In this document: piece by piece, positions 14,050 to 23,311 of the stretch
Numbering within the stretch: position 1 is the first letter of the stretch
How the letters are laid out: each line of letters opens with the position of its first letter
Source of the DNA: Burkholderiaceae bacterium
GTDB lineage: Bacteria; Pseudomonadota; Gammaproteobacteria; Burkholderiales; Burkholderiaceae_F
NCBI GenBank assembly: GCA_035274065.1
Contig: DATEOP010000280.1
Span: 1-38,145, forward strand
Reading direction: 5' to 3'
Length of the DNA stretch: 38,145 nt
Translations under genes and position numbers: made by a program
Notes under the pieces: generated by a model
Told to the model about the DNA's origin: nothing
What the model saw: the letters and a program-made list of their open reading frames with translations, nothing else
Database searches by the model: none

Positions 14050-17000
14050 ATGCTGCCGAGATTTTCCTGGCTCGCTGATCGCCTGGGTCCACGCGTCGAC
14101 AAGCGCGAGGGTCGGGGGGCGCTTGCGGCGGAGACGAATGCATTGCACAGGCTGCCGGTAGCGCCTTCGCGCTTTAGATCGATTGCATGGCCTTTGATCG
14201 GTGTACTCGTGCTCGTGGCGAGCTGGACGGTCGGCATCAGTTACTACTTTCATCACCAGAGTACCGAGCGGCAGTTCCTTGTGGAGCAGCAAACGCGCGG
14301 AGCGCGCGCGGCGCGCTTGGTTGAATCGACAATCCTTGCCGAGTATGCAGCCGTGGAGCGCAATGCGCATGCGCTGGCCGAGCGCAGCGATCTGGGTGCC
14401 GCGCTCTTGCAAAAAGCCGATTCCGCACGAGCCGTGCGGGAATGGGCGCAGAAGGAAGGCAGAAACGCGGGCGTCGGTCTGATCGAAGTGCACGATGTTC
14501 GCGGCGCTCTGATTGAGCGAACGGGCGAGAGTGGCATTTTGCGTTCAAACAGCGACGAAGCACCGATTGGCACAGCTGAAGCGCTACGCGGCCAGGAAAG
14601 CATTCACATCATCGAGCGATTACACGGTCTTTCGATCCGCGCGGTCGCGCCCGTCGTGAACAGCAATCGGATTATTGGGGCGGTCGCTGTAGAGCGCCTG
14701 ATCGGCGAACAGTATCTCGATCAACTCGCAAATCGACTCGGTGTCGAAGTAGCGGTGTTGGCGCAGGACCGCGTGTTGGTCGCGACCGTGGCACCCGAGG
14801 ATCGCTATTGGGTGCAGAAGGCGCGTCCCAGCGTGCGCGCGGGGATATCGACGCATATCGCGCTGGACGGCAGCGAAGACCTGTCGCTGCGTCCGTTGCC
14901 GATTGCCGACGAGCCTATGTCGGTCGCGGTGATGGTGCCAAACACGATGGCGTACGAGACACTGTCCGATTCGAGCCGTTCGTTTGGTGCCGTCGTGTTG
15001 TTCACGATTCTCGCGACGATCGTTGCCGGTATCTATTTGACTCGACATCTGATCCGACCGATCAAAGCGCTGACCGAACGCGCGGAGGAGCTGTCGCTGC
15101 GTTATGCAGGGCTTGCAACGCCGCCCAAAGGAGACGAACTCGACTCACTCGTAGGTTCGTTCGATGCAATGACAAGCGCGCTGCTTTCGCATTCGGAGCG
15201 GTTGTCGAAGGCGCACATGACTGAGCTGCAGGGCAGCCTCGAATTGCAGCGTCAGTACGCGCTGATGCGTCTGCTGCGCGGTTTGGCCGCTGCGGCCAAC
15301 GAATCGGAGTCGGTCGAGCGCACGTTGGAGCGTGCACTGAACGAAATAGGAAACTATCTCGAGTGGCCGCTGGGCCGGGTGGCATTGCTGCCGGACTACG
15401 CAGAAGATCGCAGCTTGCCGCCGCGTTCAATGTGGTTTACGCGCGAGCCGGAGCGCTTTCGGCAGTTCATTGAAGCCAGCAATCGCATCGCGATAGTGCC
15501 GTCACCGAGCCACATGATTGGCCGTGCCTATTTGTCAGGTGTTGCCAACTGGGTCTCCGATTTATCCCGGATGACCGATTGGAACCGGCTCGACGTCGCC
15601 CTGGAAGCCGGATTGCAGACAGGCGTCGTGATCCCAGTCATGGCGCACGGGCACGTAGCCGCATTCATCGAGTTCTACAGTGATCATCGGGTCGAGGCGA
15701 CCAATGCGTTGCTGGAGCTGGTTGAGTCCATTGGTGCCGAGCTCTCGCGCGTCGCGGAGCGACAGCGCGCCGAACGCGAATTGCGACAACGCGAAGTCGA
15801 AGCAAGCCGGCTTGCAATGGTGGCATCGCGCACCGAGCAGATGGTGCTGATCCTGGACACTGCCGGTTGCATCGAATGGGCCAACGACGCGGTGATGCGG
15901 TTTTCCGGAATTGGCATGCAGGAAATGCGAGGTCGGCGCGCGCACAGACTGCTGCGCGGAAAGTCGACCGATCCCGGTGCGATCAGGCAGATGGCAGAAG
16001 CGGTCGTGCGCGGCGAGCCGTGCAAGATCGAATTCATTGCGCGTGCGCGCTCCGGTGAACAGCGCGTACTCGAAGTTGAGGGTCAACCGCTGCGCGATGA
16101 TCAGGGCCGCTATTTTCAGTACGCACTGATCAGCCCGGACATCACGGAGCGCAAACGCATCGAAGCGACGTTGCGCGAGAGTGCCGAATATTTCCGCGCG
16201 CTGTTCGACGAATCGCCGGTGCCTTCAACAATCGTTTCGTCTGATGACCGCATCGTGCGCGCGAACGCGGCGCATACGAACATGCTTGGGTACACGATAG
16301 ATCAAATCATTGGCAAGGATCCGATCACATTCATTCATCCCGATGAGATTGACGCCGCGTACGCGCTACGCAGCGAAATGGCGCTATCAGGCGAGCGCGC
16401 GCAATTCACGTTCGAGCGGCGCATGTTGAAGGGCGACGGCACGGTGGTTTGGGTGCGCGGCCACAGCGTGCGGTTCTGCGATGCCAACGGCGAGCGGTTC
16501 CGCCTGACGATGCTCGAAAACATCACCGATACGAAGGAAAGCGAGCGCGTATTGCGCGACGCGAAGGAAATTGCCGAGTCCGCAAGCCGGGCGAAGTCGC
16601 AGTTTCTCGCCAATATGAGTCATGAGATTCGCACGCCAATGAACGGCGTGCTTGGCATGACCGAGCTGCTGCTGGGTACCGCGCTAAGCGACAAGCAGCG
16701 GCGCTTTGCCGACGCCGTGTACCGCTCGGGCGAGACGCTGCTCGAAATCATCAACGACATTCTTGATTTCTCGAAGATCGAAGCCGGGAAGTTCGAGCTC
16801 GAGTTGGTTGACTTCAACCTGCGCACGATGGTCGAGGATGTATTCGAAATGCTCGCGCCGCGCGCGCATCAGAAGCGAATCGAGCTCGCGTCCCGTATCG
16901 GACCCGAAGTGCCGACGATCGCGAGGGGCGATCCGACGCGCATCCGTCAGGTGTTGACCAATTTGGTAGGCAATGCGTTGAAATTTACCGAGACCGGCGA

Positions 17001-18570
17001 GATTGTCGTCACGGTCAGCGCACAACCGGACGATGACCGCCATCGAGTTCTTTTCGAGGTGCGCGATACCGGCATCGGACTGCGCGCAGAGGCGCTACAG
17101 AGGCTTTTCACGGTCTTCATGCAGGCCGATCAGTCGATGTCGCGCCGCTATGGAGGCACCGGCCTGGGGCTTGCAATCAGCAAGCAGCTGGTCGAGCTGA
17201 TGGGTGGTTCTATCAGCGTCGAAAGTCAATTCGGCGAAGGATCGACCTTCCGTTTCGAAGTTCCTCTTGCAAGCGGCGATAACGAAGCAGTCGCGCCCGC
17301 TCTGAACCTACAGCAATTGCGCGGGCGCCGCGTAATTCTGGTCGAGGACAACCCGACGAATCGAAACATTCTGGAAATGCAGCTGAAAGCACTGGAGATG
17401 GAGGTTGCGACGGCCGACCACGGCGCGACTGCGCTGGAACTGATGCGCGCAGCCGCGCGTGCCGGCACGCCGTTCGACATCGCCGTTATCGACATGAAGA
17501 TGCCGATCATGGATGGACTGACGATGGCCGCCGCCTTGCGCGGTGACCCCCTCCTGGCCGCCGCCAAAATGGTGATGCTGACATCTCTTGCGAGCGGTAA
17601 TGAAGCGCAGCTGGCTTACGAAAACGGCGTCGATCAGTACCTGACCAAACCGGTGCGTCAGCAAGAGTTGTTGCAGGCGCTCGCCAAAGTGTTGTCGCGT
17701 GAGACACCCGTGGCGGTGCGATCGAACACTGCTACAAAAGGGCTTCGCGCAAAAGTACTCGTAGCCGAAGACAACATGGTGAATCAGGAAGTCGTACGCG
17801 CGATGCTGCGTGACTTAGGCTGCGAAATCCGCTTGGCAGACAACGGCCGTGAGGCGCTCAATGCGCTGCGATCGCAGGCCTTCGACCTCGTGTTCATGGA
17901 CTGTCAGATGCCTGAGATGGACGGCTTCGAAGCGGTGCGCCGGTTTCGGTCATCTCTGCAAGCCGATTTCGAAACTCGGCTCGATGCACCGATCGTCGCA
18001 TTGACTGCGAATGCGTTGGCCGGTGATCAGGAGCGTTGTATTGCAGCGGGCTTCGACGAGTATCTGCCCAAGCCCTTCAGGCAGCAGCAGATCGAAGCAC
18101 TGCTTGAGCGCTGGACGCCGCGTTCCGATCCGAGCAACAAGGGTCGCGCGTCGAAGCCGGTGACAAAGACGAAGCAGAAAACGGCGTCTCTGGTTGCTAA
18201 CCAAGAAGCGCCAGTGCTCGATATGTCGGTCATTGAGCGGATTCGGGAGATGGAGCAGCGCGGTGCGGCACGTCTGCTCGAGCGGCTGATTGAAACATAT
18301 ACGTCGACCGCGACAAAGCTGATGGCCGACGCCGAGCTTGCGCTCGCGCACAGAGATCCAGTGATGATGCGCCACGCGGTCCATACGCTGAAATCTTCCA
18401 GTGCCAACGTGGGCGCGACGCTGTTGTCTGAGCACTTTGGCGCAATCGAAGTGCATGCCAGAGGCGGGGAGACACAGCGGGCTGAACAAGAATGGCCTGC
18501 GGTGCGCGCCGAGTACACGCGCGTCGTGCAGGCGCTGCAGGCGTTATTGACCGTTGAGAACACCGCCTAG
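14050..18570 (+). CDS. Hybrid (unorthodox) sensor kinase: TM - periplasmic domain - TM - HAMP - GAF - 2xPAS - HisKA - HATPase - REC - REC - Hpt
   Basis: TM1 is WPLIGVLVLVASWTVGISYYF. A periplasmic segment of about 270 aa follows, then TM2 FGAVVLFTILATIVAGIYL and HAMP (RPIKALTERAEEL...). H-box SQFLANMSHEIRTPMNGVLG, N-box NLVGNALKFT, G-boxes DTGIGL and GGTGLGLAI. Two receivers are present (VIDMKMP, VFMDCQMP), and the Hpt motif is HTLKSSSANVGA. I chose the ATG at 14050 (MLPRFSW); the track start at 13891 would overlap the divergent kinase. Confidence 0.9.
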   Translation: MLPRFSWLADRLGPRVDKREGRGALAAETNALHRLPVAPSRFRSIAWPLIGVLVLVASWTVGISYYFHHQSTERQFLVEQQTRGARAARLVESTILAEYAAVERNAHALAERSDLGAALLQKADSARAVREWAQKEGRNAGVGLIEVHDVRGALIERTGESGILRSNSDEAPIGTAEALRGQESIHIIERLHGLSIRAVAPVVNSNRIIGAVAVERLIGEQYLDQLANRLGVEVAVLAQDRVLVATVAPEDRYWVQKARPSVRAGISTHIALDGSEDLSLRPLPIADEPMSVAVMVPNTMAYETLSDSSRSFGAVVLFTILATIVAGIYLTRHLIRPIKALTERAEELSLRYAGLATPPKGDELDSLVGSFDAMTSALLSHSERLSKAHMTELQGSLELQRQYALMRLLRGLAAAANESESVERTLERALNEIGNYLEWPLGRVALLPDYAEDRSLPPRSMWFTREPERFRQFIEASNRIAIVPSPSHMIGRAYLSGVANWVSDLSRMTDWNRLDVALEAGLQTGVVIPVMAHGHVAAFIEFYSDHRVEATNALLELVESIGAELSRVAERQRAERELRQREVEASRLAMVASRTEQMVLILDTAGCIEWANDAVMRFSGIGMQEMRGRRAHRLLRGKSTDPGAIRQMAEAVVRGEPCKIEFIARARSGEQRVLEVEGQPLRDDQGRYFQYALISPDITERKRIEATLRESAEYFRALFDESPVPSTIVSSDDRIVRANAAHTNMLGYTIDQIIGKDPITFIHPDEIDAAYALRSEMALSGERAQFTFERRMLKGDGTVVWVRGHSVRFCDANGERFRLTMLENITDTKESERVLRDAKEIAESASRAKSQFLANMSHEIRTPMNGVLGMTELLLGTALSDKQRRFADAVYRSGETLLEIINDILDFSKIEAGKFELELVDFNLRTMVEDVFEMLAPRAHQKRIELASRIGPEVPTIARGDPTRIRQVLTNLVGNALKFTETGEIVVTVSAQPDDDRHRVLFEVRDTGIGLRAEALQRLFTVFMQADQSMSRRYGGTGLGLAISKQLVELMGGSISVESQFGEGSTFRFEVPLASGDNEAVAPALNLQQLRGRRVILVEDNPTNRNILEMQLKALEMEVATADHGATALELMRAAARAGTPFDIAVIDMKMPIMDGLTMAAALRGDPLLAAAKMVMLTSLASGNEAQLAYENGVDQYLTKPVRQQELLQALAKVLSRETPVAVRSNTATKGLRAKVLVAEDNMVNQEVVRAMLRDLGCEIRLADNGREALNALRSQAFDLVFMDCQMPEMDGFEAVRRFRSSLQADFETRLDAPIVALTANALAGDQERCIAAGFDEYLPKPFRQQQIEALLERWTPRSDPSNKGRASKPVTKTKQKTASLVANQEAPVLDMSVIERIREMEQRGAARLLERLIETYTSTATKLMADAELALAHRDPVMMRHAVHTLKSSSANVGATLLSEHFGAIEVHARGGETQRAEQEWPAVRAEYTRVVQALQALLTVENTA

Positions 18571-18576
18571 CCCTTA

Positions 18577-21105
18577 ATGGATCGATTGATGAGTGATCGG
18601 AACAACAACTCGGGTGGCGGCGGTGCGATGGCCAACCGGCGCGATGCAGAAGGCGACGGCGCGAGTGAACCGCGCAACGATCTCGTTCTGCTGGTTGATG
18701 ACGATCCCGTCGCCCGCCTGCTGACCGCGTCCGCGCTTGCGGAGCGGCAATGGCGAGTGATCGAAGCCGACGGAGGCGGTCATGCGCTTGAGCTGTTTGC
18801 CGAGAACCTGCCCGACGTCGTGGTGCTTGATGCATTGATGCCGGATATTGATGGTTTCGATACCTGCGAGCGGTTGCGACGCCTGAGCGGTGGCGAGCAC
18901 GTTCCGGTTTTGATGCTGACCGGTCTGGACGATGAGTCCTCGATCGCCCGTGCATATGAGGCGGGCGCCACTGATTTTTTTGTCAAGAGCACTTCACAGT
19001 GGACGCTGCTGTCGGAACGTTTGCGTTACATGATTCGCGCTTCACGCATGCGCGAGGAACTCGCCGAAAGTCGCTCAAAACTCACCAAGGCACAGCGAAT
19101 CGCTCGCCTCGGAAGCTGGGAATGGAATATTGCTGCTCGTTGGGTCAAGCTTTCTGAAGAGTGTTTTCCGATTGCGGGGTTGCCGCAGCAGGAAGATGGG
19201 CTCGCCGACTGGTTCGTCTGGTCGCGGGCAGTGGAAGACGAGCGTGCGCGCATTGAAATGCTGTTTCGCGAGGCGCTCGCCGGCACTGGGCAGATGAAGT
19301 TCGAATGCCGCATCGCCCGCCCCAACGGGCAGGTGCGGGTGGTCCACATCGAGGCCGAGGTCGATCGAGACGAGGGCGGCCGTGCGGTCGCGGTGCACGG
19401 TGTCGTGCAGGACATTACGGAGCGCAAACACGCAGAAGATCAGATCCGCCAGCTCGCTAATTACGACAGTCTGACCGGATTGCCGAACCGACGCTTCTTT
19501 CGCGACCAGTTTGGCTCGGCGCTCGAGCGCGCCCGTACGAGCGGCACCGCGGTCGGGGTTCTGTTCATCGATCTCGATCGCTTCAAGCAGATCAACGACA
19601 CGCTCGGCCATCAGGTGGGCGATCAACTGCTGCGTGAAGTGGCGAAGCGCCTTTATCAGTGCGTGCGCGAAAACGATACCGTCGCGCGCGCGGCCGAGCG
19701 CGCGGGCCCGTCGCAGGGCATACGGCCGCCGTCGATCGGCTCGGCGACACGCAGCCTGGCTGCAGGCTCGCAGTCGGCACCGGTGCCAACCAATACCAAC
19801 AGCGTCGCTCGCCTCGGCGGCGACGAATTTACGATTCTGTTGACCGATGTGTCCGAGCCGAGCGTTATCGAGTCGGTTGCTCAGCGAATTCTAGAAACGA
19901 TGCGCAAGCCGTTCAGCTTTTCGGGGCACGAGCTGTTCGTGACCGCTTCGATCGGTCTTGCCGCTTACCCTGCTGACGGCAGCGATGTCGACACGCTTCT
20001 ACGCAAGGCCGACATCGCGATGTACGCGGTCAAGGACAGCGGCCGCAATGGCGTCCTGCGCTTCTCGAGCGCAATGAATACCGCGACTGCCGAGCGTTGG
20101 CGGCTTGAGACCGCGCTGCACCGAGCGCTGGAGCGGCAAGAGCTCGTGTTGTACTACCAACCAAAGATCAACGTCGTTAGCGGCCAGATCGTGGGTGCCG
20201 AAGCGCTGATGCGCTGGAAGCGCGGCGGTGAGCTCGTGCCTCCTGCAGAGTTCATCACGGTTGCCGAAGAATCAGGGCTAATCGTGCCGATCACCGAGTG
20301 GGCGGTTCGAGAAGTCTGCGAGCAGCTCGTGCGCTGGTCCGAGCAGGGTCATGTGCCAGTTCCGGTGTCGGTCAACATCTCGGGGCGTCACATACAGCGC
20401 GCCAACCTGGTAGAGCCGGTGCAAGCTGCGCTGCAGGGTTTCAAGCTTGACCCGCGACTGCTCGAGCTCGAATTGACCGAGACAGTGCTGATGCACAACC
20501 TGAGCGCCACACTCCCGCTGCTGCAGGCCCTGAAGGATCTTGGCGTTTCAATTTCTATCGATGATTTCGGCACGGGTTATTCATCGTTGTCCTACTTGAA
20601 GCGTTTGCCGATCGACACGCTGAAGATCGACCGCTCATTCGTACGTGAACTCGAGACGAGCTCGGATAATGCAGCGATCGTCGCCGCAATCATTGCGATG
20701 AGCAAAAGCCTAAAGCTACGCGTCGTGGCTGAAGGTGTCGAAACACAAGGCCAGATGACGCGACTGTTCGATCAGGGCTGCCAGCTGATGCAAGGTTTTT
20801 TGTTCTCGCCCGCGGTGCCCGGAGACGACTTCCCGTCAATGCTGAAGGCAACGACCAGTCAATCGCACTGGCGTATCGATTTCGGCCCGCGTGCGCGCAA
20901 TAAGAGCGCGGTTGACGGTCGCGACAGCCCCGACGGGCACGCGAACGGCCAGCACTTCGGTGCTCTCGAATCAGATGTTGTCGGCCCGCCACGCCCGAAC
21001 CTCGAACAGCAAGCCACTCGAGAAGCAGACCAAAGTGGTGAGCAGCCGACTCAAAAGGATCGAGCGCTGCGTTGGGCGAATCGCTTTATCGGACGCGACG
21101 GTTAG
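18577..21105 (+). CDS. Response regulator REC-PAS-GGDEF-EAL (c-di-GMP turnover protein)
   Basis: REC (LLVDDDP, VVLDALMPDIDG, FFVKS). PAS (RLGSWEWNI...). GGDEF with an RLGGDEFTILL active site. EAL with EALMRW, NISGRH, ELTET, DDFGTGYSSLSYL, KIDRSF, AEGVET and QGFLFS all present. It starts 7 nt after the hybrid kinase stop. Confidence 0.92.
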   Translation: MDRLMSDRNNNSGGGGAMANRRDAEGDGASEPRNDLVLLVDDDPVARLLTASALAERQWRVIEADGGGHALELFAENLPDVVVLDALMPDIDGFDTCERLRRLSGGEHVPVLMLTGLDDESSIARAYEAGATDFFVKSTSQWTLLSERLRYMIRASRMREELAESRSKLTKAQRIARLGSWEWNIAARWVKLSEECFPIAGLPQQEDGLADWFVWSRAVEDERARIEMLFREALAGTGQMKFECRIARPNGQVRVVHIEAEVDRDEGGRAVAVHGVVQDITERKHAEDQIRQLANYDSLTGLPNRRFFRDQFGSALERARTSGTAVGVLFIDLDRFKQINDTLGHQVGDQLLREVAKRLYQCVRENDTVARAAERAGPSQGIRPPSIGSATRSLAAGSQSAPVPTNTNSVARLGGDEFTILLTDVSEPSVIESVAQRILETMRKPFSFSGHELFVTASIGLAAYPADGSDVDTLLRKADIAMYAVKDSGRNGVLRFSSAMNTATAERWRLETALHRALERQELVLYYQPKINVVSGQIVGAEALMRWKRGGELVPPAEFITVAEESGLIVPITEWAVREVCEQLVRWSEQGHVPVPVSVNISGRHIQRANLVEPVQAALQGFKLDPRLLELELTETVLMHNLSATLPLLQALKDLGVSISIDDFGTGYSSLSYLKRLPIDTLKIDRSFVRELETSSDNAAIVAAIIAMSKSLKLRVVAEGVETQGQMTRLFDQGCQLMQGFLFSPAVPGDDFPSMLKATTSQSHWRIDFGPRARNKSAVDGRDSPDGHANGQHFGALESDVVGPPRPNLEQQATREADQSGEQPTQKDRALRWANRFIGRDG

Positions 21106-21153
21106 GTAGCCCAACAGCGCTGCTGGATTTGCCCGGCTTTTCGCGTCGACCCG

Positions 21154-21795
21154 CTACTCCACGAGCCCGTTTTTGATCGCGTAGTGCGTGAGCTCGGCAT
21201 TACTGCCCATTGCCATTTTTTCGAGGATTCGCGCGCGATAGACACTGACAGTCTTCGGGCTGAGCGCCAAGTCTTCAGCAATCTCAGATAACCGCTTGCC
21301 GGACGCGATCAGCTTCAGCGTTTGAAACTCGCGGTCGGATAGTTTTTCGTGTGGTGCGCCGTCGGCTTCGGGAGCGTTCAGGTTTTCTACAAGCGCCTGC
21401 GCGATTTCCGGGGTTACGTATTTACGCCCGGACACCACCTGCGTCAGCGCTTCCAGCAGTTTTTCCGGCGCACTCGCCTTGTTCAGGTACCCGAAGGCTC
21501 CCGCGCGAAACGCCCGCACAGCGTATTGATCTTCCGGATACATGCTGACGATTAGCACCTTTAATTTCGGATGCTCGTCGCGCAGAGCTTTCAGAATATC
21601 GATGCCGTTCTTGCCAGGGAGACCGACGTCCATTACGAGCACATCCGGCTCGCCGTGCTTCTTGAGCTCATTCCGTAGGCCCGTGTAGTCGGATGCCTCT
21701 GCGACGATCTGAACTTCGGGGTGCTCGCAAAGAACCTGGACGATTCCGCGCCGGACGATTGCGTGATCGTCCACCACGAACAATCTAATCGCCAT
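21154..21795 (-). CDS. NarL/FixJ-family response regulator (REC + LuxR-type HTH)
   Basis: LFVVDDHAIVRRG, VLVMDVGLPGKNG, and the C-terminal HTH LSDREFQTLKLIASGKRLSEIAEDLALSPKTVSVYRARILEKM. Confidence 0.92.
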   Translation of the reverse strand: MAIRLFVVDDHAIVRRGIVQVLCEHPEVQIVAEASDYTGLRNELKKHGEPDVLVMDVGLPGKNGIDILKALRDEHPKLKVLIVSMYPEDQYAVRAFRAGAFGYLNKASAPEKLLEALTQVVSGRKYVTPEIAQALVENLNAPEADGAPHEKLSDREFQTLKLIASGKRLSEIAEDLALSPKTVSVYRARILEKMAMGSNAELTHYAIKNGLVE

Positions 21796-22903
21796 CGCTC
21801 CTCCGTTCGGTCACCTCGTGCGCGGATCGCTGTGCGCGTGTCGGAATTGAGAACATCACCGTCGTGCCGCGGCCCTGCGATGAAGACACTTCTGCCCAGC
21901 CGCCAAGCCCGCGCGCGCGTTCGATCATTCCGCTGACGCCAAAGCCCGGCGTCGCCTGCAAACCGCTTGTGTCGAAACCCTCTCCGTCATCGTCGATTTC
22001 CAGAGTTATCTCGTCGCCGAGGGCGAACAGCTGCATGTGAACGAGCTTGGCACCCGCGTGTTTGCGAATGTTCGTCAACGCCTCCTGTGCGACGCGGTAT
22101 ACCGCGGCGGCGCGGTCCGGCGCAATCTCGAAATCCTCGCGGTTGGCCTGAAAATCGACCTTTATTCCGCTGCGCTCCGAAAATCCACGAACCAGCCACT
22201 CGAGCGCAGCCACCAGGCCAGCGTCCAGCACAGCCGGACGCAAGGCGTGCTGGATGCGGTGGCTGGCGATGACGGCAGATTCGAGTAGTTGAGATATCGC
22301 ATCAAGCTGTGGTCGTACATCCGCGTCAGGCAAAGCGCGCGTGAGCCTGACGAGTTCGAATTTCAGGGCAGTCAATGCACCGCCGATATCGTCGTGAATC
22401 TCTTGCGCAATTGCGCGGCGCTCGTCTTCCTTCACGCGTTCGAGATGTTGTGTCAGCGCATGCAGCTTGCTTTCGCTTTGCGCCAGCGCTGCGACTGCAG
22501 TGCGCGCTTCGCGCCGGGCGCTGGCCGCCTGCAAGCTGTGCTGTAGCGCCGAAGCGATGCGAAACATCCGCGTCTTAAGCACGAAGTCATCGGCACCGGC
22601 GTGCAGCGCCGCTACCGCAAGGTCCTCGGACATCTCGCCGGACAGAACGATCACCGGAATATCCGCATCGATGCCCCTGGCTACCGTCAACGATGCAAAT
22701 GAATCGAAGCGCGGCAGGTTGTGATCGGTGATGACGGCGTCGACGTGACCTTTGGCAAATGCGTCGCGCATCCCGGCTTCATCTTCGACGCGCGTCGTGC
22801 GAGGTTTCATGCCTTCGCGTGACAGCATCGCGAGCAGCAGCTCGTAGTCCAGCTCCGAGTCCTCGACGACGACGATGTTCAGTGCAGAAGCGGTAGGCGC
22901 CAT
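21785..22903 (-). CDS. Soluble REC-HisKA_3-HATPase_c histidine kinase (receiver-controlled NarX/DegS-type kinase)
   Basis: N-terminal receiver (VVVEDSELD, VITDHNLP, FVLK), a coiled coil, H-box ERRAIAQEIHDDIGGALTAL (HisKA_3), N-box EALTNIRKHA, and G-boxes DDGEGF and GFGVSGM. There is no TM or other sensor domain. It overlaps the downstream regulator gene by 11 nt. Confidence 0.88.
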   Translation of the reverse strand: MAPTASALNIVVVEDSELDYELLLAMLSREGMKPRTTRVEDEAGMRDAFAKGHVDAVITDHNLPRFDSFASLTVARGIDADIPVIVLSGEMSEDLAVAALHAGADDFVLKTRMFRIASALQHSLQAASARREARTAVAALAQSESKLHALTQHLERVKEDERRAIAQEIHDDIGGALTALKFELVRLTRALPDADVRPQLDAISQLLESAVIASHRIQHALRPAVLDAGLVAALEWLVRGFSERSGIKVDFQANREDFEIAPDRAAAVYRVAQEALTNIRKHAGAKLVHMQLFALGDEITLEIDDDGEGFDTSGLQATPGFGVSGMIERARGLGGWAEVSSSQGRGTTVMFSIPTRAQRSAHEVTERRSDGD

Positions 22904-22962
22904 GAGGCGCGCATTCTGGCGGATTTACGGCGCGCTGTATTCGGGTTGCGTAAAATTGCGTT

Positions 22963-23311
22963 GCAAAGTCCGCTGGACGGTCGCTGGCAGCTGTATTGAA
23001 TAAATGCAGCTGCGAGAGGCAACGTCCGGACTCCGCAGAGCGACGTAGCAGGTAACACCTGCCCACCGTGAGGTGAGGATTAGAGCAACAGAGACGAGTC
23101 GGCAAGGCACTGGAAGCAGTGACAAGCCGGGTGAAACGGGCAATCTCTACGTGGAGCAACACCGAATAGGCGGCCGATGATCTTGCTCGGGGAGGCCGCG
23201 GGTAGGTGGCTTGAGCCGGCGAGCGATCGCCGGCCTAGAGGAATGATCGTCACGGCGCTTCAGCGGCAACGCGAAGAACCGCACAGAATCCGGCGTATAG
23301 GCGGGCTTTGC
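22963..23311 (+). ncRNA. rnpB: RNase P RNA, bacterial type A
   Basis: Read by eye against E. coli M1 RNA. Ours / E. coli: GAGGCAACGUCCGGACUCC / GAGGAAAGUCCGGGCUCC; CAGGUAACACCUG / CAGGUAACGCCUG; GCAACAGAGA in both; GGGUGAAACGGG / GGGUGAAAGGGUG; GGAGCAACACCGAAUAGG / GGAGCAAGGCCAAAUAGG; GGGUAGGUGGCUUGAGCCGGCGAGCGAUCGCCGGCCUAGAGGAAUGAUCGUC / GGGUAGGCUGCUUGAGCCAGUGAGCGAUUGCUGGCCUAGAUGAAUGACUGUC; ACAGAAUCCGGCGUAU / ACAGAACCCGGCUUAU. The ends pair as P1 (GCAAAGUCCGC / GCGGGCUUUGC). End coordinates are accurate to about 5 nt. Confidence 0.9.

Noticed and set aside
18230-18955. A long minus-strand ORF (241 aa), and many similar ones in the track, for example 17950..18489, 18027..18563, 14047..14493, 8768..9508, 9535..9999, 27246..27872, 30384..31046, 31148..31804 and 33220..33891.
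   Set aside because: They lie antisense or out of frame inside genes with unmistakable domain signatures. Their translations are Arg/Ala/Pro/Ser-rich low-complexity strings, typical of open frames that arise by chance in high-GC DNA.
22779-23162. Minus-strand ORFs 22779..23162 and 22925..23143 in the gap between the REC-HisKA_3 kinase and ndh.
   Set aside because: The region encodes RNase P RNA on the + strand. The ORFs have no protein-like features.
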